Source: Macrostomum hystrix (taxonomy: Eukaryota; Animalia; Platyhelminthes). From it: a stretch of DNA of 64,000 bases. Both the position numbers and the translations under genes were made by a program. The notes below the pieces were generated by a model. That model was not told the origin of the DNA and ran no database searches. It saw only the letters and a list, made by a program, of their open reading frames with translations. The stretch's first letter is position 1, and each line of letters opens with the position of its first letter. Below, in pieces: positions 50,455 to 63,479 of the stretch. Location of the stretch: the NCBI GenBank assembly GCA_950097015.1, contig CATNEN010000039.1, positions 11,098,001 through 11,162,000 of the forward strand, given 5' to 3'.

Positions 50455-51366
50455 TTTAAGCACAGGTTGTTGCTTTAGGAGCAGTAATCAATTACTCATA
50501 GTTTTGTTTCCAGTTGTCGGACTGGAACGACTATACTTTCCTGGTGTTGCACTCTACACGATGTTTACTGCCAATCTGGATCTTGAATACTCCTGCAGTT
50601 CTGGACAAATCCTGAAAGTCCTTGCAAGTTTTCGCATTGGAGGAGGAAAACTGAGTACTTTTTGAATTTAATTTAGTGCTCTAATATAGGAATCGCATTG
50701 CTTAAATGGTACACGTGACGCCCTGGTTCCTGATTTATGAGCTTTGCAGATAATAAAAGCTGTGAAAAGAATCACATCTTTACAAATCAGCTTCGACCTC
50801 GACCGAAAGATCCAGGACAATCGGAAATATGCAACTGCTAATTCTGCTTCTCAGCCTTCTTTCAGTGATGGCTACCGTGCTCGCCGCACCTTGTGCACCT
50901 GAATGTCTTTGCTGGAATAAATCATGGTGCGTTGGTCCTGAGAGCTGCCTCTGGAGCATTTGCGACAGCAGCCAATGATAAACTGGGTACTATGCATTGA
51001 CATACGAGCATAAAATTAGCAAGGATTTAAGTGCGCTAGGCTACTTTACGTCTTGTCTTCTATTTCTCACAACTTTGCAATAGAAGAGCAGAAACATTTG
51101 CAAAGTAATAAACGTTTGAAAAGATGCATTAAAATTTAAAGAAAAGGTTTTGATTTATAAACGTGAAACTAGCACACTTAGCCCCCCTTGGGGGCACTAC
51201 TGTTCAGACAAAAAAACTTGTGTATTGCAGAAGAACAAAACACACCTGAAAGTAAAAGAATCAAAAACTCATTTCGTCAGTATGATTTTCCCTGATTGCG
51301 AATATACGTGATTGCGATTCAACAAGAATTATAATTCTCACTGAATTTATAAATAGTTAGTCTGAA
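50455..51366 (-). repeat. Third, slightly diverged copy of segment ~44386-45299 (includes the Helitron end at 51169) in the palindrome spacer
   Basis: Matches ~56620-57533 with roughly ten substitutions. Confidence 0.9.
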
Positions 51367-51429
51367 CTTGAATACAGTCATATGAGATCCTTTTTTTGGC
51401 TTGTTCAGTGTTCACTTCTCCCTCAGCTA

Positions 51430-52050
51430 GCCAAGGTTGCCGAGCCTCTGCGGTGCCTGACAAAGGACACTGCATGGAGCTGAACTGACGTCGAGGAGAC
51501 CGCATCCGGATCACGGATGCTGAAGCCCTCAGTTTTTTTATCAGAAGCTGCAAACAGAACTTTTTGTAGACGCAGGAACCGGAGGGCTCGGAGCAATTTT
51601 ATCTCAACGACGCTCCGATGGGACCTCGAGGCCAGTAGCCTATGCCAGCCGGACACTCTCGGATGTTGAGTCAAGATACTCCCAGACTGAGAAGGAAGCG
51701 CTAGCGGTGAAATTGTGATGTCTGCACTTCCAATACTACGTACATGGTGCGCTTAAGTTCGACGTAATTACGGACCACAGACCGCTGGTCAACGTGCTGG
51801 CGCCTGGATCGAGACTGTCCGGAGAGTCGAGCGCATGGCATTACAGAACCAGCACATAACTTTCCGAATGATTTATCGACCAGGATCACAAAAAACAGCG
51901 GACATCCTCAGCCGCCAGCCTCTGGCAGCGGCGCAACCAGACCAAGGCGCATCAATCGACTCCGCATGGATCAACGCAGTACTTCGGGCAGCGGTGCCTC
52001 GAACACTCAAGCAGCAATCAAAGGACGACCCGCTCATCAAAGCTGCCATC
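51430..52050 (+). pseudogene. Gypsy RNase H fragment
   Basis: LGAILSQ...PVAYASRTLSDVESRYSQTEKEALAV, ITDHRPL, YRPGSQKTADILSR. Confidence 0.82.
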
Positions 52051-52127
52051 TGATGCGCCTTGGTCTGGTTGCGCCGCTGCCAGAGGCTGGCGGCTGAGGA
52101 TGTCCGCTGTGTTTTGTGATCCTGGTC
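51878..52127. repeat. 77-bp foldback inverted repeat (51878-51954 / 52051-52127) at the junction with the right arm
   Basis: One mismatch between the arms. Ends 5 nt before the right palindrome arm begins. Confidence 0.9.
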
Positions 52128-52493
52128 AATCGTACGCAATCGTAGATAAATGGACAGTCAAGTTAGCTTTTACTAGTGTGTTTTCGTATTACTATTCGGT
52201 CTCCACTATTGGCGCATGTGTGCATGCGTTCGATAGTGTACGTTAATGCCTGAGACCTTGTGCCTCTCGGGGCCTTACTCGCTGCTCATCACTCGCTGTC
52301 TGTCCCCTCCCCACTCTGTTCTGGTGGGCAGGTGGCCTTTTTAAGCCCTGCCGTCCGTTTAGCTGCGGCTCACCTGCGCTAAAAAACAGAAATCGCAAGA
52401 TTTTGATTGAAAGACTGCGGGAAAACACGGAGCCTGATCATACTTCGTCAAAAATCTGCGGCGTCAGAACACCCGAAAACTCGACAAACTCTT

Positions 52494-53306
52494 AGCAGTT
52501 TACAATAATATCTAAGCAGTTTACAATAATATCTAAGCAGTTTACAATAATATCTAAGAAGTTTAACAATAATATCTAAGCAGCTTAACAATAACATCTA
52601 AGCAGTTTAACAATAACATCTAAGCAGTTTAACAATAACATCTAAGCAGTTTAACAATAACATCTAAGCAGTTTAACAATAACATCTAAGCAGTTTAACA
52701 ATAACATCTAAACAGTTTAACAATAACATCTAAGCAGTTTAACAATAACATCTAAGCAGTTTAACAATAACATCTAAGCAGTTTAACAATAATATCTAAG
52801 CAGTTTAACAATAACATCTAAGCAGTTTAACAATAATATCTAAGCAGTTTAACAATAACATCTAACCAGTTTAACAATAACATCTAAGCAGTTTAACAAT
52901 AATATCTAAGCAGTTTAACAATAACATCTAAGCAGTTTAACAATAACATCTAAGCAGTTTAACAATAACATCTAAGCAGTTTAACAATAATATCTAAGCA
53001 GTTTAACAATAACATCTAAGCAGTTTACAATAATATCTAAGCAGTTTAACAATAACATCTAAACAGTTTAACAATAACATCTAAGCAGTTTAACAATAAC
53101 ATCTAAACAGTTTAACAATAACATCTAAGCAGTTTACAATAATATCTAAGCAGTTTAACAATAATATCTAAGCAGTTCAACAATAACATCTAAGCAGTTT
53201 AACAATAACATCTAAGCAGTTTAACAATAACATCTAAGCAGTTTAACAATAATATCTAAGCAGTTTAACAATAATATCTAAGCAGTTTAACAATAATATC
53301 TAAGCA
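52494..53306. repeat. 22-bp satellite, inverted copy, ~37 units
   Basis: Reverse complement of 48613-49991, ~567 bp shorter. Confidence 0.96.
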
Positions 53307-53673
53307 TTTTATCAAGAACCTATTAGTACAGGCAGAGGTGCTAAAATTCATGTGCTTAAGTAATGTGCTTACAAATAATGCTGGCTTGAAGAATCACTAT
53401 CCTCAAAGTGAATGCGTTGAGTTCAGCTGATTTCAAGGTCAGGTAAGTTGAGTTCGCTCATCGCGGACTTTGTGCTAACACATTGCAGTCGGAATTTCGT
53501 CACCATCAATGAAGCAAAGTGTTGCTGGAGTTGGTTTCAGCAGAATTACAATGTCAGTGGGCAACAATGTTGCTTTCTACCTGCACCTAAATATCAGTCA
53601 GTGATCTGATACCGTGAGATGCTCCGGGAAAACGGAGGGATCTTCTCATCTCATCTCATCTCACCTCATCTTC

Positions 53674-54139
53674 GAGCGCGAACCCACTGCAGCCCGATCA
53701 CCAGGCCGGCAGGTATCTCGGGAAGGCCGCAGGACGGCCTGACGTTGGACAGGGCAGGTAAGAGCGCCCGGCTGTCGGTGCAGATGAGGATAGGGCCGTT
53801 GACGGGCCGCCCATCTACACTACAGGTCGTCGCCGCAACTTTACTTTAGAGGACTTCCAAAACCACTGGGTCGCCAAGGTCGACTTGGGTGACAACGTAG
53901 GCTGCTTCACTATTGCTAACGCCGCCGCCTGCAGAGCCGTCAGTGAAAATTACGAGCGCCGTGGCCGGCCTGCGGAGGGTGTCCTCGGCCACCAAGCGAA
54001 GCTGTTGGAACCAGCGCCTCGGGTCCGATGTGAGAAGGCTGCGGAAGCTCGAGGCGATTGCACGCAGGAACGCTGCTGCCGCCCCACGGGCACTGCACCA
54101 CGGGATTATATAGATCCCAAAATTCAGATTTCGCAACCC
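53674..54139 (-). pseudogene. LINE RNase H fragment (mirror copy)
   Basis: Mirror of 47780-48245. Confidence 0.7.
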
Positions 54140-54726
54140 GGAGAGGGCTAAAATGTATTATTTAGTTTCTAAGAAAAAACTGTTGCCTCGGACTCTCAAG
54201 ACAAGCATGCACAAGATAGGAGTGTCAAGACATGTCAACTCTGATTTGTCGTTTGTTGGCTGTCATGAAATTGCCGTCAACTCAATTTATTATCTTGTTC
54301 AGACAGAAGCATACGCTTCAAAACTTTAATAAAAACGATGCATGTTGCTTATAAAGCTGATTGGGGTGGGGCAGAGAGAGAGGGGGAGGGGGCCAGGGAC
54401 GACCAGCCTATCAGGGTTAGAAAGAGTGCAAAAACTAGCGTTACATGTACACAAACATTCCAATTCTGAAAAATATAATATCGACGCAAAACATAAAGTC
54501 TTCAAAAACATAAAAACAGAAACAAGCGAAGTCAGGTCACATCAGGAAAAGTCCGCTTAATTCCAACAATCCGACTAAAGTTGCATGATTTAGTCCGAAT
54601 ATCCACAGGGAACTAATAATTCAATTATTTCTATTGCACTATAATTAGATGGGGATAAGCGGTCTAGTTTGATAATCAACATTTCCATTTCACTGTTATT
54701 GAAAGTTGCACTGGGAGCTTTCGCAA

Positions 54727-55953
54727 TTATTTAACCGTTGTCATGGAGACGCTTTGAGTCACCGGTACAGCAGCCGGGTTAGCTCTGGCCAGACATGGAA
54801 GGTAGAATGTGTAGAAAACTTTATGAGATCCGGTGTGGAATATCCAGTTCAGCAGTGCGTTTGCCTTTGTAAGGTCCCAAAACGTATTGTTAATTATGAA
54901 GGCTGAAATTTGGGTTTCAAAAGAAATTTTCAGACTCTAGATTGAATGCTAGAACAATATATACCAGAAGAGTTAGAAGAATAAGTATTTATAGCCCTAC
55001 ACTGGCTCACCATTAAAAAAAGTAACTATTGAAGCCGTGTCGAGAATGTTAATTTTGGGCTTATATACTCCGAGTTTTAGAATTTCTCCAGGTACGCCAA
55101 GAAGGAACTGCATGCAGCTCATGGCAGCCAGAATGGCGGTGATTCTCAGCTCTCCAGTCTTCTTTGAGCTGCCCGCCTGACTGGCTGTTCCTGTCATTTC
55201 ATTCCTGTTCTTTCGAGCCCGGAACAGGTTCAGAGCCAGTCCGACAGAGGTCAGCAGGCAGGTGAAGTACACAGTGAACATTGTGACGGGCTTCACGAAT
55301 CGCAGAATGTCCCACATCCAGACAGGAGCGTTGCCGTCAGGTACACATCCTTCTAATGAAAACGCCTTGCAGCAAAGGGCGATAACTCCATTGGTTCCAT
55401 TTATCAGGACTCTATCTGAAACAAGATGGTAGCTGTACGCATCGGCAATGGTTAGAACAAACGACAACAGGAAGGCGATCAGAATCAATGCGTTGTTTCT
55501 TTTGTTGGTCAGCACAGACTTTGCCTTCAACGGGAAAGCCACTGTGAACCACCTGCATACACACGAGAATGCCAGGCTGATGGTGGAAAAGAATACTGGA
55601 AAATATATTATTCCAAAGGTAAACTTGCACTTGAATTGCATCAAGCTGTAGTGCAATGGGCTGCCCGACTCGTAATTGAAAATATTTAAAAACGCGCTGA
55701 TTTCCTTCTGCTGCGGCATTGAACCGCTGCGTGACTGGAAAAGATCGTAGACCCAATTGATGCAGCAGATGGAGTCGGCAAAGCACACCAGCAGCATCCA
55801 ATTAAGAACTTTCTTGCTGTAGGGCTTCTTCACCAGCAGGTAGATCAGAGACAGGATTGTCATAAAATTGTTCGCAGAGTAAAATACTAGGAAAAATAGT
55901 CCCACCGCCCTGTCTCGATTTGTAGCTTCTTCAAAAGCTCGAAAAAAATCCAT
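54727..55953 (-). CDS. Second copy of the divergent GPCR; coding exons 55953-55011 and 54902-54727
   Basis: Mirror of 45966-47192 with one V/I change in TM1 (46074 vs 55845). Confidence 0.82.
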
Positions 55954-57335
55954 TACGTCAAATAATGTACCTGCAAATTGCATTAACTATATCTTAGTTC
56001 TATGACAGGAACCGCAGTATAAACATAAAAAACAGGCAGAAATACGCAGATGGACTTTAGCAGTGATTACGCGCACTTACCTGCAGTCAAGTTTAGAAGA
56101 ATGTGCAGTACTGAGCTGAGTAGAACGGTAGAAATAGCCAGTGTATATATACGAGTGACGCACAATTAATGCCTATGAACAGTTAGCTTTGGCTGCGTTT
56201 CTGCAGAGAAGCGTGTCAAATATTAAGGGCCTGGGTATGGAGCTCCATTGTAGTTGCCAATATTTTTTCAATAATTGACCAGAAACCGAAAGAAATCTGC
56301 ATTGATAACGCATTTACATTTTGCATGTCACAAGTAAGGGCGAGCTTGTCAACGCCTCGTTTTCGATTCTATTTCGAGCAGGCGTTTGGTTCAGGCAAGC
56401 AAATCGATACGGGATTTTTTTTACAAAGATAATACAGGTAGGCAAAAATTCAGAGCTCGAGATAGTTTCTACTGAATTTAATTAACTTGTGCCACGCCCT
56501 GGTTGGTTGCGCTCGATTGCGTCTAAAATCTCTGTGACCAGCGGTCTGATTGATTTCCGAGTCATTATTTCTGTCTTGTGCTTAGCCACGCCTTGGTAGC
56601 AATCGCTTGAATCGCCAGTTTTTCAAGCACAGGTTGTTGTTTTAGGAGCAGTAATCATTTACTCATAGTTTTGTTTCCAGTTGTCGGACTGGAACGACTA
56701 TACTTTCCTGGTGTTGCACTCTACACGATGTTTACTGCCAATCTGGATCTTGAATACTCCTGCAGTTCTGGACAAATCCTGAAAGTCCTTGCAAGTTTTC
56801 GCATTGGAGAAGGAAAACTGAGTACTTTTTGAATTTAATTTAGTGCTCTAATATAGGAATCGCATTGCTTAAATGGTACGCGTGACGCCCTGGTTCCTGA
56901 TTTATGAGCTTTGCAGACAATAAAAGCTGTAAAAAGAATCACATCTTTACAAATCAGCTTCGACCTCGACCGAAAGATCCAGGACAATCGGAAATATGCA
57001 ACTGCTAATTCTGCTTCTCAGCCTTCTTTCAGTGATGGCTACCGTGCTCGCCGCACCTTGTGCACCTGAATGTCTTTGCTGGAATAAATCATGGTGCATT
57101 GGTCCTGAGAGCTGCCTCTGGAGTATTTGCGACAGCAGCCAAGGATAAACTGGGTACTATGCATTGACATACGAGCATAAAATTAGCAAGGATTTAAGTG
57201 CGCTAGGCTACTTTACGTCTTGTCTTCTATTTCTCACAACTTTGCAATAGAAGAGCAGAAACATTTGCAAAGTAATAAACGTTTGAAAAGATGCATTAAA
57301 ATTTAAAGAAAAGGTTTTGATTTATAAACGTGAAA

Positions 57336-57994
57336 CTAGCACACTTAGCCCCCCTTGGGGGCACTACTGTTCAGACAAAAAATATTGTGTATTGCAGAAG
57401 AACAAAACACACCTGAAAGTAAAAGAATCAAAAACTCATTTCGTCAGTATGATTTTCCCTGATTGCGAATATACGTGATTGCGATTCAACAAGAATTATA
57501 ATTCTCACTGAATTTATAAATAGTTAGTCTGAATGCCATCCCCCGGCAGCAAATAACCAATGCCATCCCCCGGCAGCAAATAACCAATGCCATCCCTCGG
57601 CAGTAAATAACCTATGCCATCCCCCGGCAGCAAATAACCAATGCCATCCCCCGGCAGCAAATAACCAATGCCATCCCCCGGCAGTAAATAACCAATGCCA
57701 TCCCCCGGCAGTAAATAACCTATGCCATCCCCCGGCAGTAAATAACCAATGCCATCCCCCGGCAGCAAATAACCAATGCCATCCCCCGGCAGTAAATAAC
57801 CTATGCCATCCCCCGGCAGCAAATAACCAATGCCATCCCCCGGCAGCAAATAACCAATGCCATCCTCCGGCAGCAAATAACTAATGTCCCCCCGGCAGTA
57901 AAGAACCAGTGTCCCCCAAACAGCAAATAATCAATGTCCCCCAAACAGCAGAGAACCGATATTCCCTCAGAAGCAGAGAACCAATGTCCCCTCA
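57336..57994 (-). mobile_element. Helitron-like 3' end with 27-bp minisatellite (mirror copy)
   Basis: Mirror of 43925-44583. Confidence 0.7.
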
Positions 57995-58013
57995 GAACAG
58001 AGCTCGGTGCTCT

Positions 58014-61000
58014 TGGTGTGAGCGCGAGCTCGCGCTTCATGTTGTCGAAAGCGACGGACAAAATGATCGACATCTTGCTGTATTCCCGGCCACCAGCAGG
58101 ATGCGGATAACAGATTGTACGAGGCATGTACGCCAGAGTGCGTGTCGTGAATCGCGTTGAAAGCAGCCCGGCGTAGGCGGGTTGGGATGTAAACCCGGCG
58201 GTGCATGAAAGGAAAACCATTTTCGAGCGTTAACTTCTCGGCAAAGTTCATGAAGGGCAACTCAGCCTGGGTGCACTGCTTGCAATTGCCGGAGCGAACA
58301 CGAGTAATGATTTTCCGAGTGAAACCATCGAGTTCCATCTCGGAGGCAACCCTCCTGGCGGCGATCTGGGGTGTTTCGAACGCAACTGCGATTATGGCCT
58401 CGAAGATGTCTTCGGTGTCGGTCGTCGCGTTGTCGAAGCGCAGACGGCGCAGTGCATCTACGTGGGGGATGGCGGATCCGGGGATGTATCGCATGTCGAA
58501 GTCGAACTGCATCAGAGATTTGACCCAGTGGCCGATTCCAACTGACGTGTTTAGTGGGATGCCGGATCCAAATAGCCGCAGCAGAGGCTGGTGATCTGTT
58601 TGGATCGTGAATCGCCTGCAATGAAGAAAATGCCTTAGACGTATGACGCCCCAGAATATTGCAAGGGCTACCCGCTCTATGTTGGAATAGCTGGATTCGG
58701 CAAGTGAGAGAGTGCGAGACACGTAGATGACGGGGTGGCCGTCCTGCATAGCTACGGCGGCGAGGGCACCTTTCGATGCGTCCGTGGTCAAAGTCAATTC
58801 TTTTGTCAGACTGTTCGGTTACACGATTGGTGTGAGCGCGAGCTCGCGCTTCATGTTGTCGAAAGCAGCAGAACATTTGTCAGACCATTCAAACGGAACG
58901 TCGGCCTTCCGTAGTCAATTGAGAGGCACTGTCTTCCCAGCGAAATTGGGGATGAGGCGTCCAAAAAAGTTAATCAGGCCCAGAAAGCTGGCCAATTCTG
59001 TTTTGTTGGTGGGTGCGCAGACATGCCGAATCTTGTCTACCAGGCGATCGTCCGGCTGGATGCCGGCAGCCGAGATGCGGAAACCGAAAAAGGAAACTGA
59101 GTCGCAATGACATGCATTTAGACTCGTTGATCGTAACATGCTTTTCGGCGAGGCGCTTTCGCACAGCGCCCAGACGCTTCTCCAGGGTGGCCTGATCGGG
59201 CGCAAATACGAGAATGTCGTCTTGGTAAATCAAGAGTCCCTTGATGTCGCCGAGCATTGCTTCCATAGTCCGCTGGAATATAAATAAGGCGTTCTTCATC
59301 CCCATTTGCAACCGATTCACGCGGAACAGCCCGCGTGAAGTGTTTATGACGGAAAGATCCTTTGCGGCATCATCGAGCTCAATTTGCCAGTAGGCAGAGC
59401 GCAGGTCGACGGTGGCGAATTTCGATGCGTTCTTCAAGCGAGCGAAGATGCTTTCCACGTTGGGAATCAAGTAAGAGTCCGATTTGATTTTGGCGTTCAC
59501 GTGCACGCTATAGTCAGCGCACATCCGCAGCGTGCAATCCTTCTTCTTTACCCAAACGACGAGTGACGCGTTGTTGACGGGTCCCTCAATTGGCTCGATG
59601 ACACCGAGCTGATATAGACGATCGAGCTCCGCGTTGATTTGCTTCTCCAACGGGTCGAGCGCGGCAGAACTGGTTCCTTGCCCCATCCACCAGCTCCATT
59701 TGAGCCTTAACGCTTTTGATCGCCGGTAGCGGATCCACAGCAATGGGATTGCCCACCGCACACGGAGTCGTATGGAAGAGGCCATCCGAGCTGAGGAGGT
59801 CTCGACCTAGTAATCCGTAGGACTTGTTAGAGGCGACGAAGGTCAGCTCCGCTGGATGGATGCACCCGCGTAGCTCCACGGTCGTCGACAGTTTGCCCAG
59901 TGTCTGCATGACGTGGCCGTCAAAGGCCTCCAACCGCTTGGAGCATCTCAGCAATTGGGGGCGCCCAAGGCGTCCCACTGAACACTCGACAGCACGGACA
60001 CGGCTGCCCCAGTGTCGACTTGCATCAGAAGTTTCTTGTCGAGCACGAAGACGGGCTCCGTGACCGTGTAAATGGTGTGGATGGATGCGGAATCGGAGAG
60101 ATAAAGTAAAGCTTCCGGGGCCTGCACAGCGGTGGCACCCTCAGGGACGCCGGCATGGTGTACAGACCTCGAGGGGGCGACGCCGGCGCGACACACGCTG
60201 GTGCTCCGACGACCGCGGCTTCGTGTAGTGCAACGTGGCCTCGTCAGAATGGATTGCCATGGTCTGCGGCACACCCAAACCGACCATGGTGCCGGCGGCA
60301 ACCCCCGTCGATTTGGTGACGAACGCTGTCGCCTGCTCCATGTTGCGAACCAAATCAATTATCTCGGGGATTGGTAGATCCTTGGCCTGCATGGCCTCCA
60401 GAACCCTTTGCTGTTCGCGTGGGTTTCGCAGGCCAGCGATGAGTGCCATCCGTATCATTTCCTCCGATGGGCTCTCGCAGCTGCGGAGAGAATCGAACTT
60501 ACAATCGGTGACGGCGTGCCGGGGCCTGCCAACGAAGTTATAGATGGATTCGTCCGCCGCTTGGCGAACGTTGAAGAATCGAGTGCGTTCGGCGATGGTG
60601 AGTTTTTCCTTTGGGCGCAAGTAGCCGATGATGGCTGCCTCAATTTGAGCAAACGTTAACTCGTCAATGCACCGGGGCGAAACGAGGTCCTGCAGTTTCT
60701 CCAGCGTGCGGAGTCCGCAGGTTGCCAGGAAGTTGTCCGCGACACGTTTCTTGTCCTCGACGTCGGACCACTCCTTCACACGAGCCAGTTCCCGAAAAGC
60801 CATTAGCCACGTTTGGGCGCGCTCGGGTTCCTCGAGCGATAGTTCTCTAAGACGTTGCGACACCATTGTTATGTATTGAAGACCACTCGTTGAGGTTTCA
60901 GATCGTCTTAAAGTGATATGCACAAATTGCTAGGAGAGGGGGCTCCACTCATGTTTTATTCTGCGCGCGATCCTTTCGATTGTATTGCAATTTGACGATC

Positions 61001-61026
61001 ATTGTTTGTAGTTTTTATGCGTTACA
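58014..61026 (-). mobile_element. Decayed Gypsy (mirror copy)
   Basis: Mirror of 40893-43905 with the same broken ORFs. Confidence 0.85.
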
Positions 61027-61190
61027 ATTCATTGTTTGTTTGCCATTCGGCATTGAACCTAGACGAATAACGAACATAGACGAAACCTATGTGATGAATG
61101 CCTCAAATGAACACCAACAAAAGTTAACTTTCAGTCAATGCAGTCATTAAAGCTATTCAAAAAATAAATCAATGATGTTCGAACTGCCGT

Positions 61191-62760
61191 TCACTTGGAT
61201 TCGGATTTTTTTTCTGGTGGGCCTTGGACCCGATGAAACTCCTCATCTCCACTAATGGACGGCGCAGCCTCAGTACGATCCATACAATCCAAATACTTCT
61301 TCATGGCGGTATGCACGTTCACAGAGGACTTGTACAAACTGCGATCACGCCTCTTATGCAGATATCGCCGAACGGTCGCCTCCGACTTGGGACCCGTCAC
61401 AAGCATGATGTCGTGGACAGCATGCCCTTCGCTTTCCAAGTCGCAAATGCGCGTGACTCTAAAGATGCAATGGTGTCTTGTTCAGAAAGCTGAACAAACA
61501 ATTATGCTTTTACTTTTTGTAAGCGTTTGAAAAGCGCTTACATCGGTGCTCCTTTCAATCAGCGACCTTCATCTGCATTTCGACCCACCCAGCGCTCAAA
61601 ATAGACCTGAGCGAGCCAGACCGGCTGACCTGACGGCCTGGAAAGCAATGACGCAGAGACCGAGAACCTATGCACCCTATCAGCCTGCGAACTCGTGCCT
61701 AGAATTCTCGCGGCTGGTGTGTTGGGTTGGGGACCATGGCAACGCGGGGCAGAGAGATAACTGCTTGTGTGTTATCTGTTATATCTCTCTCTCTGACCCC
61801 CCTACTGCTAAACACTGTGCCTTATCGCTTGAATATAAAATACACTGCTTCGTAGATATGCTCCTGCACTGAAGCTTTGAGATGTGAGTCTCACACTCAT
61901 AATTGCTTATTCATAGGTTCTTCATGAACTCTTGTAAATAACGCAGACCACGGTGTGTCTTATCAGAGAAGATAAACTTCTTCCTTATGGTGCTCTCCAT
62001 AGGACGAGGTAGAAAGTGGTCGCCGGAATCCGGAATCACCGACTCGTACAGTTCTAGCAGCTCAAGATCATATATTCTAGCGTGCTTCCAATCGGTGACC
62101 TGACCAGCGCCCAGTGTTGCTAATCGATTCTTCGATGGTAGCGTCGGCAAACAGGCATACTGCCGTCCATCCGAGTCGACACCTCGCACCAGAAAGTTCC
62201 GATTCAGAAACGTCTTCATGTGCTCCCGTCCACGCTCTCCAAGCTGATACATGAGATTGAATAGCAATTCATCTTGGAGTCGTTCTCCGTCACTACGATC
62301 AAAGTAGTCGCGCAATTTAACCATGTCTCCCTCCTCGATTGGATCGTAGCTTTGAACTGTCTTGCCAGACTTGATAAATTCACGGACCTTGAATTCGAGC
62401 ATCCTGTTTCAGCCATCAAACACGGTCCCAGTAGCAACCAGATTTTTCTGTCTCTTCACAATGATATTCAAATATCCAAATCGGAGTTCAGACCGCGACC
62501 ATGAATTCAGAAATTCGACAAACTTGCGCCCATGATTCTCCATCAGTTTCCGACTGCTTTGAGGTAGACTTTCCATCTCAGCTTCATCGATGCTGGTAAG
62601 TTTTTCACGAATATCAGCAGGCAGATCAGATGAGTTCGCTTTGTCGCCGATGGAGTTCTCACAAAACAACAAGAACTGGGTCACTAGCTCGTCACGACGG
62701 CAGTCGTTGCGCGACAGTTCGGCCACGAGATCCAACTCGGACTGGGACAAAGCATTTAAG
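61191..62760 (-). pseudogene. Crypton-like recombinase remnant with TIR insert (mirror copy)
   Basis: Mirror of 39159-40728. Its N-terminal codons are at 63484-63532. Confidence 0.75.
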
Positions 62761-62764
62761 CTAT

Positions 62765-63479
62765 TGTTGTGCCGTGCAAATGCACTTTGTGCCCTCTGCG
62801 TTGTTTGTCTGCCCCACCCCTTCCTACACCCGTGCCAGCCTAGGTCAGGGTTTGTAAGAGGCTTACGCCTCAACCCCGGCCTAGCCCCCCTTTTTTTCTT
62901 CTCTGCGCCCACCTGCCCATGCCCCAGCGTTGCGCTAGCCCCGCCTCTCTCTACCCCTCCCCCCACCTGGGCCACTCGCATTGGCTGGCGGCCGGATAAG
63001 CCGCCAGTGACCCAGGCTTTGTGTCTAATTTTTCTCTCTCTCCCTCTTCTCTGCCCTGTATAGTAAGTTATATAAGTAGTCGCCCCGCCCTATCTGTAAC
63101 CCCGTCCGCCTCGACTTCCTACCTGCCCTTCTGCAAGTCTGTGCATTGCCTATCTACCAATCATAGTTGTTATTCAAGTGCCGGCAATAAACGAGTAGAG
63201 CCGATCAGCTTGCGTGGAGACGTTCAAGGTGAGCTCGTGTCTTCCTCATTCCGGGGATTACCGCGTCGGGCCGGTGGGGCGTACTGAGTGAACTCTCGCT
63301 CCGTTAGGGACCTGAGACGAGTGAACTCTCGCTAGTCTCAGGGCGGTTGGCTCAGTGAACTCTCGCTGAACCAATCAGGTCTGTTAGGCGTAGGCAGGGT
63401 TGGTCTGGGACCTGGGTGTCTCGGGCAGGTGGACCCAACCCCCATCTCCCTCCGTCGGCCATTAGGCCAAGACACAACA
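62765..63479 (+). mobile_element. Solo LTR of the J-like/TatD-like Gypsy element
   Basis: Single 715-bp LTR flanked by the TSD ctat on both sides (62761-62764, 63480-63483), at the mirrored insertion site. Confidence 0.95.
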
